Source: a virus
Taxonomy: Duplodnaviria; Caudoviricetes
IMG/VR virus record: IMGVR_UViG_3300037501_000255
Strand: one strand, 5' to 3'
DNA: 64,000 bases
The notes beneath the pieces are model-generated. The model ran no database searches. It was not told the DNA's origin and saw only the letters and a program-made list of their open reading frames with translations. Below, piece after piece: positions 1 to 10,098 of the stretch (within the stretch, counting starts at the first letter, position 1; the number at the start of each line of letters is the position of its first letter). Position numbers and translations under genes: made by a program.

Positions 1-1
1 A

Positions 2-268
2 GAGGCTGTTGAGGTTAAGTCGCGCAACCGACCAAGTCCGGCTCTTGACAGCACCCATCCCAAAGTTAAAGACAAGAAAGATCACTTTCCTCTAGGGAAT
101 ATCTCTCAGGCGAGAAATGCTCTCGCCAGAGTTAATCAATTTGATTAGAAACCTGAGTGGTGGGATGGAACGCTGCAGGAGTTGGTGAACACAGTTGTTA
201 AGGCCGTAAGAAAGCGTTACCCGTCTATTGAAATTAGTAAGGCTTCTAGAAAGCCTGGCAAGGACTAG
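2..268 (+). CDS. Conserved phage hypothetical protein, 5' end outside the window, with one in-frame TAG at 146-148
   Basis: Manual translation: EAVEVKSRNRPSPALDSTHPKVKDKKDHFPLGNISQARNALARVNQFD*KPEWWDGTLQELVNTVVKAVRKRYPSIEISKASRKPGKD*; protein-like on both sides of the internal stop; not in the ORF track. Confidence 0.5.
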
Positions 269-269
269 T

Positions 270-615
270 ATGCTACGCGCCCTAATTAGACTTGCAAATG
301 ACTTGGATGAAAGAGCTCGGTTCAGTGCGGCAGATGCCGTAGACCGGTCATCAAAGCATTTGTGGAAGATATATCCCCACCATTTAGCATTGAAGAAGCC
401 GCTATAATAGCTGATGCTATAGGCATAGATTTTACAGAATCGGACTTCACTCTTAAGGATTTTCAAAAGGGTTTGGGTGTTGAGCTTGAGCACGGCGCGC
501 GCGACCCAGAAACAGATGTGGTACACAAGAACTATCTTAGCGTAGGGCGTATAGCTTGGGCACATCTAAAAGAAGCCCTAAATACTATAGCAAGTTAGCC
601 AAGATAGAATCCTAA
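270..615 (+). pseudogene. DUF5661-like protein (GxxVELEH...IAWAHLKE-P-YY), broken by two frameshifts
   Basis: ORF 362..598 has FQKGLGVELEHG and IAWAHLKE; adding one C at about 575 (GCCC to GCCCC) gives the expected ending APKYYSKLAKIES*; N-terminus MLRALIRLANDLD starts at 270 in another frame. Confidence 0.6.
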
Positions 616-618
616 TTT

Positions 619-870
619 CTAGGTGTCAGAACTGGGGCCTTTAAGGCTATCCTCGCTCTCCAGAGGTTCGGCTTTCTGGGCCTCAAGTTCTTTGCGTATG
701 TAACGCATAAATAACATTGCGCGATCTTCCGGTAGGAAGGTAGCATCGCCGCAATCCTCTACTGGCACAGGGAAGATGAACCCCGATTCTGTGGCGTAGT
801 ATAGATTACCTTTACGGTAATATTTGAAATGTACCTTCTTATCACCTGACACCATATCTTTGATATTCAT
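619..870 (-). CDS. Conserved jumbo-phage hypothetical protein
   Basis: 83 aa ORF with VHFKYYRKGNLYY...F.FPVPVEDCGDATF....AMLFMRYIRK pattern; upstream GGAG. Confidence 0.7.
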   Translation of the reverse strand: MNIKDMVSGDKKVHFKYYRKGNLYYATESGFIFPVPVEDCGDATFLPEDRAMLFMRYIRKELEAQKAEPLESEDSLKGPSSDT

Positions 871-1116
871 TTAATGTAACTCCTTGCCACATTCAGCTGC
901 CTACGCGCCTTCTCGGAATAGACGGCCTCCGACAGTAGTCACTCCAGTGAGAGCGGGGCTCTCGCTAAATCTTGGGCTGTAAACCATACAATTCCATGCC
1001 TTGAATAGTATTCACGGAGAATTGGGGGCGGCAGAGGGCGACGCAAGAATTTTCTCCACCACGACCGTTCCTTGCTCTCCTCGACAGGCACTAGCCAATC
1101 GCTTTCTCCATTTGAT

Positions 1117-2085
1117 TTAATCGATACAATTCTGATTTTCATAAGAAATCCCTACGCGCGCAAGATTCGGAAGAACACCAAGGTTTTTACCTTTAAACTC
1201 CATTTCGACATCTACCAAACCAGAGTTCAGTATCTCTAGTTGAAAGTCTGGTATGTAGTGTAAATCATATGAATGCTGCCTGCGTTGCGTGAATGATCCG
1301 TTTACATTCATAGGATCAGTGTTAGAAAGGTGCTGAATGGGGGTAATGTTGGTGGGCCATGTCAGCATTGATTCCTCGGCAGCTTCCTTGCCGCCCATCC
1401 CTTGGGGCCTAAAGGTATGGTGATGGCTGTCAAAGACAATTGGCACTTTAGTCTTTTGCGAAATTGGCAACAACTCTCTGACTGAATATGATGATTCATC
1501 GTTTTCAAGTGTTAGTCGAGATCTGGCAGACTCATTTAGACGATTGATAGACTCAACCAGCCTATCGGCTCTATTTGATTTCCCGCCATGTATATTTATA
1601 GGAAATTGAACCGAACGGTCGAGTCCCATAGCATCAAACAGCCAACCTTGATTGTTGAGCTCGGCAATTGAATTCTCGATAACCTCATCTCTATCAGAGG
1701 ATAGGACTGTGAATTGCCCGGGGTGAGTTGATATGCGGAACCGTAGCTGCGATATTTTATGTCCCAAATTCGCAAGGTGCGCTCTAACATTATCATTGTC
1801 CCATAAGCTACGTTCAACCTTATCCATGAGAGGAATGAGGTTGCTGCTAATCCTAAAATGTCGCACACTGGTTGTTTCGTATATCAGATCAAGTATCTTA
1901 CTTACTTCGTTTATGTTATTGACGTAAGTGTCTACTATATGCTCTGACGAGTAGGCTCCAGATAGATACTGGCCGAGTTGGAGTGTCCTCTCACCAACTA
2001 TGTTTTCCATTGTAGATACAGCTGTGCCGTTTCGTTTAAGCACAGTGCGGGGGGCGAGCCACTGACAACAGATCCCTATTCCCAT
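1117..2085 (-). CDS. uvsE: UV DNA damage endonuclease (UvsE/UvdE family)
   Basis: GICC start, FRISSNLIP, STHPGQFTVLSS, INIHGG, LTLENDE, PIVFDSHHH, QHLS, DVEMEFKGK motifs. Confidence 0.9.
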   Translation of the reverse strand: MGIGICCQWLAPRTVLKRNGTAVSTMENIVGERTLQLGQYLSGAYSSEHIVDTYVNNINEVSKILDLIYETTSVRHFRISSNLIPLMDKVERSLWDNDNVRAHLANLGHKISQLRFRISTHPGQFTVLSSDRDEVIENSIAELNNQGWLFDAMGLDRSVQFPINIHGGKSNRADRLVESINRLNESARSRLTLENDESSYSVRELLPISQKTKVPIVFDSHHHTFRPQGMGGKEAAEESMLTWPTNITPIQHLSNTDPMNVNGSFTQRRQHSYDLHYIPDFQLEILNSGLVDVEMEFKGKNLGVLPNLARVGISYENQNCID

Positions 2086-2511
2086 CTACTCTCCGTCCAT
2101 AATGAAGTCTGATGCATCCTCTAACTCTTCTGTGTCCGCTGCGATGGTGATATCTTCTTTGGTTATATGCTCTGTTGGGGCATCACCTGCAACCCATACA
2201 AGGGGATAGCCGGGGATGGTACCATAAGCATACTCTTTTTGAAAGTCTCGCAGACTAGAGAATTTTTTGAGTTTTCGATCTTTTATCAATTCGCATGGTG
2301 CATTATACTCTTCAACTATAATGCGATCATTATCTACATATACAACATGTACCCAAAATGCATAGAACTCGGTAAACCTGTCCCCCGCTCGTGGAGCGGC
2401 CATCCTCTCTTCTGTTATCTTGTTCCAATTGTAGTTAGCCATGAATGAATCCCTCGATAAGTTCCTGAGAGTATCCCAGAATTCTTCCCATCTCTTTGTG
2501 GTATAGCTCAT
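2086..2511 (-). CDS. Hypothetical protein
   Basis: 141 aa ORF; its stop abuts the uvsE start. Confidence 0.55.
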   Translation of the reverse strand: MSYTTKRWEEFWDTLRNLSRDSFMANYNWNKITEERMAAPRAGDRFTEFYAFWVHVVYVDNDRIIVEEYNAPCELIKDRKLKKFSSLRDFQKEYAYGTIPGYPLVWVAGDAPTEHITKEDITIAADTEELEDASDFIMDGE

Positions 2512-2851
2512 CTCGATTTGAACTATTTAGAAGCTGCTCTATGATGTCTGCGTCAGACGCGTGTCCATCTGCCCACATGACAATATTGCGTGCGGTAGAG
2601 GGGGTGGCCCCATTCACAATAAAGCTTCTGAACCCTATTGGACGACTGCCTGGTGAGGCATTTAGTTCCCTGACATACTGAGCGAGATTAAGCCAAGCTG
2701 CCTCACTCCTTATGTCGAAGGCGCTAAACAGCGCAACATTACGAATGCCCTTGGCGATTGAGTAGGCTTGTGCGGAAAATTCACCGACCAACATACCAAG
2801 AAAGAATGGGTCTTCACCTGAGTCGGCAATAAGTTTCGTTGGGTCTATCAC
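2435..2851 (-). CDS. Hypothetical protein
   Basis: 138 aa ORF coupled to the upstream gene; ends MGRILGYSQELIEGFI. Confidence 0.6.
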   Translation of the reverse strand: MIDPTKLIADSGEDPFFLGMLVGEFSAQAYSIAKGIRNVALFSAFDIRSEAAWLNLAQYVRELNASPGSRPIGFRSFIVNGATPSTARNIVMWADGHASDADIIEQLLNSSNRDELYHKEMGRILGYSQELIEGFIHG

Positions 2852-3210
2852 TCTTGTGCTCCCTTATAGTGAAGATCGCAGACCGTGCTCAGCCACCCGT
2901 TGGAATTTCTAGTGGAACCTGGGGCACCGCACTCTTCGCAAACAGTGCGGCTACGCTCTTCAAAATGATTTATGATTTCATCGATAGTTGGATTTTGTCC
3001 GGTCACATATAGCCTGAGCGCCCCGAATTTCTCCTTGATCTGAAGGATATTTCCACTCCATCCGGCTTGACGCAACTGTTCGAAACACTCGCTCAGCAGG
3101 CCCTTCCAACCTGGACCAACGGAGCCTTGACGAAAAGAGTGATAGGATGGATCGATCTGGGCCACCCATTCCTGAAATTCGATGCTGTAATTACGTTCAT
3201 CGGTCGACAT
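2848..3210 (-). CDS. Conserved phage hypothetical protein with C-terminal CxxC zinc-ribbon
   Basis: GPGWKGLL...LQIKEKFGALRLY...S..VCEECGAPG...GWLSTVCD; start placed at MSTDE (3210). Confidence 0.7.
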   Translation of the reverse strand: MSTDERNYSIEFQEWVAQIDPSYHSFRQGSVGPGWKGLLSECFEQLRQAGWSGNILQIKEKFGALRLYVTGQNPTIDEIINHFEERSRTVCEECGAPGSTRNSNGWLSTVCDLHYKGAQE

Positions 3211-3700
3211 ATAGCTGGCTCCTTCGAAGACCGCGCTCAGTGAAATCCTGTACGGGCGCGAATGCCGGAGAGTCGTCAAGCTTTATGGCAAATGGGATCA
3301 GCAGATCTGGAAGAGAGTCGTAGTTTACCGTATGCTCGGCATACATCCATTCGCCATATAATGTGAAGCCGGCTTCCAGCGCACGAGAGAGCTCTCTAAA
3401 AAGAACCCTGTTATCGTACAGCCAATTCCATATTGGCCGGAACTGCAATTAGCTGTAGTTTCTCGCTTTACATATCCCTTAAGAAGGATGTGCTCACGAT
3501 TTCCTACGATAATATCGCCGATGCCATCCCACTTAATGCGAACATTCGCACCATCAATCTTTTCTTCTACCAGAATATTTCGTGACGATAGGAATTTCCA
3601 CCTGGAATGTTCGGGAAGGACTATATCATCCTTTGCTATCGCTCCTGACCCCCGGCAGATGTGGTGTCTTCGGGTATCTTTGTAGATTCTTTCGCTGCAT
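3197..3700 (-). pseudogene. RNA ligase family protein (Rnl2-like nucleotidyltransferase), frameshifted and apparently C-terminally truncated
   Basis: MQRKNLQRYPKTPHLPG, then with one G removed from a G5 run at about 3650: SGAIAKDD...LVEEKIDGANVRI (motif I KxDG)...QFRPIWNW...LYGEWMYAEHTVNYDSLPD. Confidence 0.7.
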
Positions 3701-4065
3701 ATTCGCTACTCTTTATGTAATGTAGTATGTGAGCCTGGGCAGCATCTTTAATGCAGGAAAAACACAGGCCAGTGTCGTGAAACTCTGGCCTTGAATATCT
3801 CGCACTACATTTGATACAATTAACCTCAGTATCTGCCAAAGGCATTTCCCAAACGTCTATATCTTTAATACTCACTCTGAGTCTCCACTATCTGAGCATA
3901 GATCCGACTCCACAGAGCGCTCTTCTGTGCCAGCATCAACAAGTGATGTATTGGTGTCTGGGGAGCCCCTGAGTAGGGCCAGTACTCCGGCGATGAGGCA
4001 TGCGACTAATAAAAGTGCCCCGACTACCTTAAAACTTCCAAGAACTTCTTTCATCATATATAACC

Positions 4066-5214
4066 TCATATATCTATTCTTTTTGAGAGAATAGAAATAC
4101 ACAATTCCTCGATCCTTTTCATGTCAGGCTTATGCGGAATTGAGTACTTTTTTGTGTTGTAAATTTCAGTACAAAGAGCGTCTTCTGTTAGGAAGAACTC
4201 CTCCAGCTTGTCATAGCTCCACGCACCGGCACGGATGGCCACTAATTCATCTGAGTCGATACCCACTCTATTTACGTTTACTTTGCCATCTACAAGGATC
4301 TCGCGACACATTCTCATCAGTCTAACTAGATGACTGGCGTGCTTTGTATCGTACCCGTACTTTTCCTCCAGAGCCGCACGCGCTGGATTTCGCGCTTTTT
4401 TCCACTGATGATATCGGGACCAATCATCTTGGGCATGACGAAATCTCCTCTCCTTTTCCAGGAGATGAATAAAGTTCTCATCATATCCAATGCTCCGGGC
4501 AGCACTCTTCCATTTAGAATCTGTAGTAGACATGATTTCGGCCAGCATCAAATTGATCTTGCCCAAAATAGATATACGGTCAGCCTCTGAGGTGACAGCA
4601 CTTAGATCTGTCTCCCACTCATCAGTTTTCTTTTGAATAGATGCCACGGCGGCCTCTAGCTGATTCTTTGGTATTAGACCAACAGCAGGAAGATCAAATT
4701 CCTCACGTGTAGGCGGCCCTTTTGGTGGATTAAGGAGATAGCTCCTGTGTGTCTTGATGCGCTTAAACTGCGCAGCGGAGTACCCTGAGAAGGTATGCTT
4801 TGCCTTGGCTGACAGGAAGAGGTTGCCATTATCTCTAAGCTCCCTTCCCTCTTTAGAGCAAACTCTCACATGCGCATCATCACAAAACAGAACATCTAGA
4901 ATGTTAGGATTCGCGTCAGCCGCAAGACTCATGAATTTGCGCAATTCGTATACTGATCCCTCGAGTTTTTCCCTATGAGAGATTTCACGTTCCTCATCGG
5001 ACAGTAGCGGGAGGAAGGCTGCAATATTGTCCGGCGAATCAGCCTGCTCGAATGCATGATTCAAACCCAGATATGTTTCCATTGGAGGTATCGCAATACC
5101 CTTCACATCCACATCTGAATCTGCGCGATGGATCCCATATGCTCTGGAGCCCGCCAATGTCAGTAAGATAGTGTGCTTAACGAGGTCAAAGTACATGTCA
5201 TCATCCCATCTCAA
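4066..5214 (-). CDS. RlaP-type DNA polymerase beta superfamily nucleotidyltransferase
   Basis: LAGSRAYGIHRADSDVDVKG, YELRKFMSLAADANPNILDVLF, GYDTKHASHLVRLMRMCREIL. Confidence 0.85.
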   Translation of the reverse strand: MRWDDDMYFDLVKHTILLTLAGSRAYGIHRADSDVDVKGIAIPPMETYLGLNHAFEQADSPDNIAAFLPLLSDEEREISHREKLEGSVYELRKFMSLAADANPNILDVLFCDDAHVRVCSKEGRELRDNGNLFLSAKAKHTFSGYSAAQFKRIKTHRSYLLNPPKGPPTREEFDLPAVGLIPKNQLEAAVASIQKKTDEWETDLSAVTSEADRISILGKINLMLAEIMSTTDSKWKSAARSIGYDENFIHLLEKERRFRHAQDDWSRYHQWKKARNPARAALEEKYGYDTKHASHLVRLMRMCREILVDGKVNVNRVGIDSDELVAIRAGAWSYDKLEEFFLTEDALCTEIYNTKKYSIPHKPDMKRIEELCISILSKRIDI

Positions 5215-5492
5215 GGTTAATCTAATTCATCATCATCAAAAATATCATCTGACCACATATTGTCATCATTCTTGAGAAATAGGTAGGCTCCTGCTGCCAG
5301 GAAAGATATTACAAAAAGAACTGCCCCAATTGCAATTGCGCTCATATAATTCCCCCATTGATTAAGTCAACTTCCATTCCCACCAGAACCTTGTACTCAC
5401 GATCCTGTTTGGAAACCAACTCGGTTATCTTTTCCACAATTTCCCATACATATCTAAGCTCAGCCCGCGCACGAGCAGAGGGGGGTCCAGTG

Positions 5493-5888
5493 TCATCCCT
5501 CCTGCCATGTGCCTAGACCAGAATTCCATCCCCGAATCCTCTCAGGACAGTAGCTGAATTCATGTCTGGCATCGGCTATGTGAGATGGAAAGTTGCCTAC
5601 CAGATCGGTCAAGCTAGCGTTAAACCACTCCTCAACACCCTCATCTTCGAGCATTATCCGATAATTTATGTTGGCGTTGCTGGGGTCTAGGAATGGCCGA
5701 GAATATTCCTCATCAATATCGTCATCATCAGCAAATCCTATTCTGATATTATCATAAAATACCGGGGACCAAATTGATTTAAGAAACTCTCTAATCTCCT
5801 CCCTGCGCTGCTTTAACACTTCGACATGGGGGGCTAAACTCAGGATGTGCTCCGCCCTGTGGGCAGCGTCCAAGATTCCACTATTCAT
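5493..5888 (-). CDS. Hypothetical protein
   Basis: 131 aa ORF overlapping the clpB stop (ATGA). Confidence 0.55.
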   Translation of the reverse strand: MNSGILDAAHRAEHILSLAPHVEVLKQRREEIREFLKSIWSPVFYDNIRIGFADDDDIDEEYSRPFLDPSNANINYRIMLEDEGVEEWFNASLTDLVGNFPSHIADARHEFSYCPERIRGWNSGLGTWQEG

Positions 5889-8473
5889 CGCACAACTCCA
5901 TCGACCCTAGTGAATGTCAGCCCTTCATCTGACTTTGAAGAGTTAACATCAACGAGAACACTATCCCCTTTAACGTAACCCCCTTCAAGAATGGCTAGTG
6001 AAAGCGGATCTTGTAGCCATCGCTGGATAGCCCTGCGTAGAGGCCGGGCTCCAAACTGCGGTTCAAACCCAGCATCAACAATGGCTTTAAATGCTTCTGG
6101 TGTTATCTCTAGGCTTAGTCGGCGAGCTGCAAGCATGCCGCTTACCTTCTTGAGTTGGATGTTGGCTATGTGCTCGATATTCTCTCTGGTGAGACCGTGA
6201 AACATGATCACATCATCGATTCTGCCGAGGAACTCGGGACGGAATGCTTTTCGTAGATCAGCGAACGCAGCCTCCTTAGCAGACTCTGGCAATGTGCCGT
6301 CTGCTGTAGTTGCTGCCAGTAGGTGCTGAGAGCCTACATTTGATGTCATGATAATTACCGTGTTCTTGAAATCTACGAGGCGGCTTTGGCTGTCCGTAAG
6401 CCGTCCATCATCAAGCACTTGAAGTAGAATATTAAAAATGTCCGGATGGGCTTTCTCGACCTCATCGAAAAGCACTACGGAGTATGGCTTAAGCCTTACA
6501 GCCTCAGTCAACTGTCCTCCTTCATCAGCACCCTTGTATCCGGGAGGGGCGCCGATAAGACGTGCGACTGTGTGTTTCTCTTGGAACTCACTCATGTCCA
6601 GGCGAATCATCGCACGTTCGTCATCGAACAGGAATTGGGTAAGTGCCTTGGCTAACTCCGTCTTGCCTACGCCGGTCGGGCCTAAGAAGAAGAAGCTGCC
6701 TACTGGACGGTTGGGGTCACTCAATCCCGAACGGCTACGGCGAATCGCCTTTGCAATGGCCTTGAGTGCTTCCTTCTGCCCAATAACGCGAGCCGAGATA
6801 TGCTCCTCCATATGCAGAAGTTTCTCTCGCTCCGACTCTAACATAGATGATACCGGAATTCCTGTCATATCCCCGACCACTCGGGCAATGTCTGCTGGTT
6901 CGACCTCCTCTTTGATTAGAGGCGTGCCGGCCTGAAGCTTTTGAAGTTCTTCAGTCGCAGAATCGAGATCTGCTTGGAGGCGCTGTAGCTGCCCATACTT
7001 TAGCTCAGATGCCTTGCTGATATTTCCACCGCGAGTAGCGGCCTCAAGCTTAGCATTCGTCTCTTCAATACCCTCTTTGATTGCGCGAATGGATTGAATC
7101 AATCCCACTTCGGCCTCCCAGCGAGACTTGAGAGCAGTTACAGTCTCCTCAACCGTCGCTATTTGGCGCTCCAGCTTAGCCTTATACTCTAGCGCATCAC
7201 GATCCTTTTCTGCATGAATTGCGGAGAGCTCCATCTGCAACTGTGTGAGGTGCCTACTCTCGACATCAAGCGCGTCAGGCATCGAATCTATAGCCACTCT
7301 GATCCTAGACGCAGCTTCATCTACAAGATCAATTGCCTTGTCCGGCAGTTGCCGCCCAGAGATATACCTCTGGGAAAACTTGATTGCTGCGGTCAGCGCC
7401 GCATCTTGAATGCGGACGCCGTGATGAACTTCATATTTCGCTCTTACACCGCGCAAAATGCGAAGTGTTTCATCGTGAGACGGCTCTTCAATGAGGAGTG
7501 GCTGGAACCTGCGCTCCAGCGCTTTATCCTTTTCAATTGAGTTTCGGTATTCGTCCGGCGTGGTTGCGCCCAAAACCTGAATCTCGCCACGAGCAAGTGG
7601 CGGCTTGAGCATTTGACTAGCATCAGATGCCCCCTCACCTCCAGCGCCAACCAGAGTGTGAATCTCGTCGATAAATAGGATTGTGTTACCTTCTGCTTGA
7701 TTTACCTCTGAGATTACAGCTTTGATACGCTCTTCAAACTGTCCTCGTAGTGAGGCTCCGGCCAAAAGCGCGCCCATGTCCAAGGCCATAATCCTACGGT
7801 CCTTCAGTGGTACTGGCACATCCCCAACAGCAATTCTTTGCGCAAGGCCATTGATAATGGCATTCTTGCCCACGCCGGGTTTACCAATCAAGATGGGGTT
7901 ATTCTTTGAACGTCGGGATAGAACCTGGATAATTCTGCGGATCTCCTCGTCTCTACCCACAATGGGATCGATCCTGCCTTCCTTTACACGCTGCACTAGA
8001 TCGATGGCGTATTTTGCAAGAGCGGAATCTGCTGTCTTCGGCGGCTGAGCCTTTGTTACCTTAACCAGGCCGCCCTCAAGGCGCTCTTTTGTAATGCCCG
8101 AATCGCGCAAAAGTCGGCCGCTTGCACCAGAATTAGTCTGAGCATCTGCCAGAGCGAGTAGAAAGTGTCCTGTGTCCACCTTTGCGTTTGCTTTTGTCGC
8201 AAAAACCTCTGCAGCTGATGTGATCTTTAGAAACCTAGGAGACAGGTAGTTTGATGCCTGAACCTTTGGAATCTTTAGGAGCTCAATATCGAGCCTGCGC
8301 TCAAGCTCTGCGGAGGGAGTATACTTGTCAAATACGGTTCGGATGGCGGGGTTCTGCAAAAGAACCTTGAGCATGTGCTCGGGCTCAATGGCTTGGTGTT
8401 GATTGGCCTTGGCGGCCTTCTGACTATCAACCATAAGAGTTTGTGCTTGCAAAGTGTACTTAGAAAGTTTCAT
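5885..8473 (-). CDS. clpB: ATP-dependent chaperone ClpB
   Basis: 862 aa; N-domain, NBD1 (DPIVGRDEEIRRIIQVLSRRSKNNPILIG; LFIDEIH), coiled-coil M-domain, NBD2 (GPTGVGKTELAK; LFDEVEKAH; GARPLRRAIQ). Confidence 0.95.
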   Translation of the reverse strand: MKLSKYTLQAQTLMVDSQKAAKANQHQAIEPEHMLKVLLQNPAIRTVFDKYTPSAELERRLDIELLKIPKVQASNYLSPRFLKITSAAEVFATKANAKVDTGHFLLALADAQTNSGASGRLLRDSGITKERLEGGLVKVTKAQPPKTADSALAKYAIDLVQRVKEGRIDPIVGRDEEIRRIIQVLSRRSKNNPILIGKPGVGKNAIINGLAQRIAVGDVPVPLKDRRIMALDMGALLAGASLRGQFEERIKAVISEVNQAEGNTILFIDEIHTLVGAGGEGASDASQMLKPPLARGEIQVLGATTPDEYRNSIEKDKALERRFQPLLIEEPSHDETLRILRGVRAKYEVHHGVRIQDAALTAAIKFSQRYISGRQLPDKAIDLVDEAASRIRVAIDSMPDALDVESRHLTQLQMELSAIHAEKDRDALEYKAKLERQIATVEETVTALKSRWEAEVGLIQSIRAIKEGIEETNAKLEAATRGGNISKASELKYGQLQRLQADLDSATEELQKLQAGTPLIKEEVEPADIARVVGDMTGIPVSSMLESEREKLLHMEEHISARVIGQKEALKAIAKAIRRSRSGLSDPNRPVGSFFFLGPTGVGKTELAKALTQFLFDDERAMIRLDMSEFQEKHTVARLIGAPPGYKGADEGGQLTEAVRLKPYSVVLFDEVEKAHPDIFNILLQVLDDGRLTDSQSRLVDFKNTVIIMTSNVGSQHLLAATTADGTLPESAKEAAFADLRKAFRPEFLGRIDDVIMFHGLTRENIEHIANIQLKKVSGMLAARRLSLEITPEAFKAIVDAGFEPQFGARPLRRAIQRWLQDPLSLAILEGGYVKGDSVLVDVNSSKSDEGLTFTRVDGVVR

Positions 8474-8486
8474 ATTTAATCGACCC

Positions 8487-8930
8487 TCATTCAGATGGAT
8501 TATTCACTTCTGATATTACACTCTCATCCCATCCGCACGATATTTCATGATCGCATGGGTCGTCACTAGTGTCCCATAGGTATAGATGCAGGAATTCATG
8601 GGCCGTCGCACCGTCCTCTACGGTAGGATATGTTTCCAAATCTGAGGCGATTTGAATCCTGGCTCTGGCCAGCCCCGAACCCGGCCAAAGGGCCGTCCCT
8701 GCCACCTTACGACCGTAGCTGTAAAAATACGACTCGTCCTTGCAAAAGATATCTGTCCGATTTAGTACTAGGAATGCATCAGGCAATAGATCTATGAACC
8801 TGAGGGCTACGGCCTCAAATTCAAAATCTGAATATGGGCAGTGCACTCCAACAACATTAACTTGCTTATTTGTACAAGCTACAGTGCACATCAGCATCAG
8901 TACTGTAAATAATTCGAGAATCCTCTTCAT
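8487..8930 (-). CDS. Putative lipoprotein with HExxH metallopeptidase-like motif
   Basis: Hydrophobic signal ending TVAC; AHEFLH motif. Confidence 0.55.
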   Translation of the reverse strand: MKRILELFTVLMLMCTVACTNKQVNVVGVHCPYSDFEFEAVALRFIDLLPDAFLVLNRTDIFCKDESYFYSYGRKVAGTALWPGSGLARARIQIASDLETYPTVEDGATAHEFLHLYLWDTSDDPCDHEISCGWDESVISEVNNPSE

Positions 8931-8936
8931 ATATAA

Positions 8937-9428
8937 TTACTTTTCCGGAAGCTTGACTATGGAGACGGATGCGCGATCCTTAACATGCTCAGAGAAGCGT
9001 TCCAGTAAGAAGAGGTAGTCGTCCCACTTTCCTCCAGCCATTCCACAACCAATGCCATATGGAAATGCTATACTGCTTAAGTCTGGCAGCAGTGATATCT
9101 TATGCAGACACCTGTAGAAATACCTGAGCCGCGCTTGAGCGCCATCTAGCTCGGATGCCGGATAGATGCGGTTACTACCAGGATAGTACTGTCCCATCAT
9201 GTTGATAACAAATCGCTGCTGAATGCCGTCGCCGCACACTACTATACTGCCCGGTTCATCGACCATTTTGGATGCAGCGCGAGCGCTATAGACATCGGCA
9301 TAGGGAAAGCGCTGGAAGATTGCCTTGGCTAGTCCGGCAGCATGAGATGTTAGGCAGTTAGTTTGGTGTGCTATGTATTGCGCATCCGAATCAATTATGT
9401 CACCATCAACAAAACTGAGATTTGTCAT
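8937..9428 (-). CDS. Macrodomain protein (ADP-ribose binding/hydrolase)
   Basis: VDGDII...IAHQTNC...AAGLAKAIF...INMMGQYYPG...IAFPYGIGCGMAGGKW. Confidence 0.85.
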   Translation of the reverse strand: MTNLSFVDGDIIDSDAQYIAHQTNCLTSHAAGLAKAIFQRFPYADVYSARAASKMVDEPGSIVVCGDGIQQRFVINMMGQYYPGSNRIYPASELDGAQARLRYFYRCLHKISLLPDLSSIAFPYGIGCGMAGGKWDDYLFLLERFSEHVKDRASVSIVKLPEK

Positions 9429-9874
9429 TGTAGATCTAGCTCTATACTTTCAATTACAAATTCACCAGTCGGAACAGGATCGGTGTACTTTATACCAACC
9501 GGCAGGTACTTAAGGGTGGCGTGTGGCACATATTCTTTCCACGCATGCTGGACGGGGATGCCTTCGGCCTCCAGCTTCTCCCAAAGTGATTTGTGTAATT
9601 TCTCCAGCGACGGGTCGGCATCTATTGCCACACACCACGGCACACCATAATCACCTGCGGGAAAAGACCTGAGATTACCGAATCTACATTTAATTGGCGG
9701 ACACTCACGCGTCTCTTTAGAAACAACCTCGCGAAGCCTGGGAATTGCCTCTTTCTCAATATCTCCAACAAAGAGTACTGTACAGTGGGGAACGCTATCG
9801 TCGTCCCCGCCCCTATCTTCTGGGAAGAACTTATGTACACTATCTGGAAGTGGGGCGCATATGTATGCCTTCAA
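9425..9874 (-). CDS. 2H phosphoesterase (2',5'-RNA ligase/Acb1-like)
   Basis: Two HxT motifs: PHCTVLF and PHATLKY; 149 aa. Confidence 0.8.
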   Translation of the reverse strand: MKAYICAPLPDSVHKFFPEDRGGDDDSVPHCTVLFVGDIEKEAIPRLREVVSKETRECPPIKCRFGNLRSFPAGDYGVPWCVAIDADPSLEKLHKSLWEKLEAEGIPVQHAWKEYVPHATLKYLPVGIKYTDPVPTGEFVIESIELDLQ

Positions 9875-10098
9875 TTTACAGCTCCAGTGTCGCGCAGCTC
9901 CTTGTACTTTCCATGATATTCCACCACATCAAAGGCATTCATCAGATCACCAGATACGACCGCAGCAAGCTCTGCGGTTAGAATCTTAACTGCTGCAGGG
10001 CAAAGTGCTTGGTACATCTGAATCTCGGATTCAAAGTGGCCAGAATTATTGAGCGACTGCAGTAATTCGGCCCTCCTATTGTAACGAATAGGCATCAC
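9871..10098 (-). CDS. Hypothetical protein
   Basis: 75 aa ORF with ATGA overlaps on both sides. Confidence 0.5.
   Translation of the reverse strand: MMPIRYNRRAELLQSLNNSGHFESEIQMYQALCPAAVKILTAELAAVVSGDLMNAFDVVEYHGKYKELRDTGAVN

Noticed and set aside
44-75. TTGACA at 46-51 and at 15558 as promoters
   Set aside because: No acceptable -10 box at a suitable distance; the first lies inside a coding frame.
5885-8473. Intein or intron in clpB or the ligases
   Set aside because: Lengths and motif spacing are normal; no splice-junction motifs or endonuclease domain.
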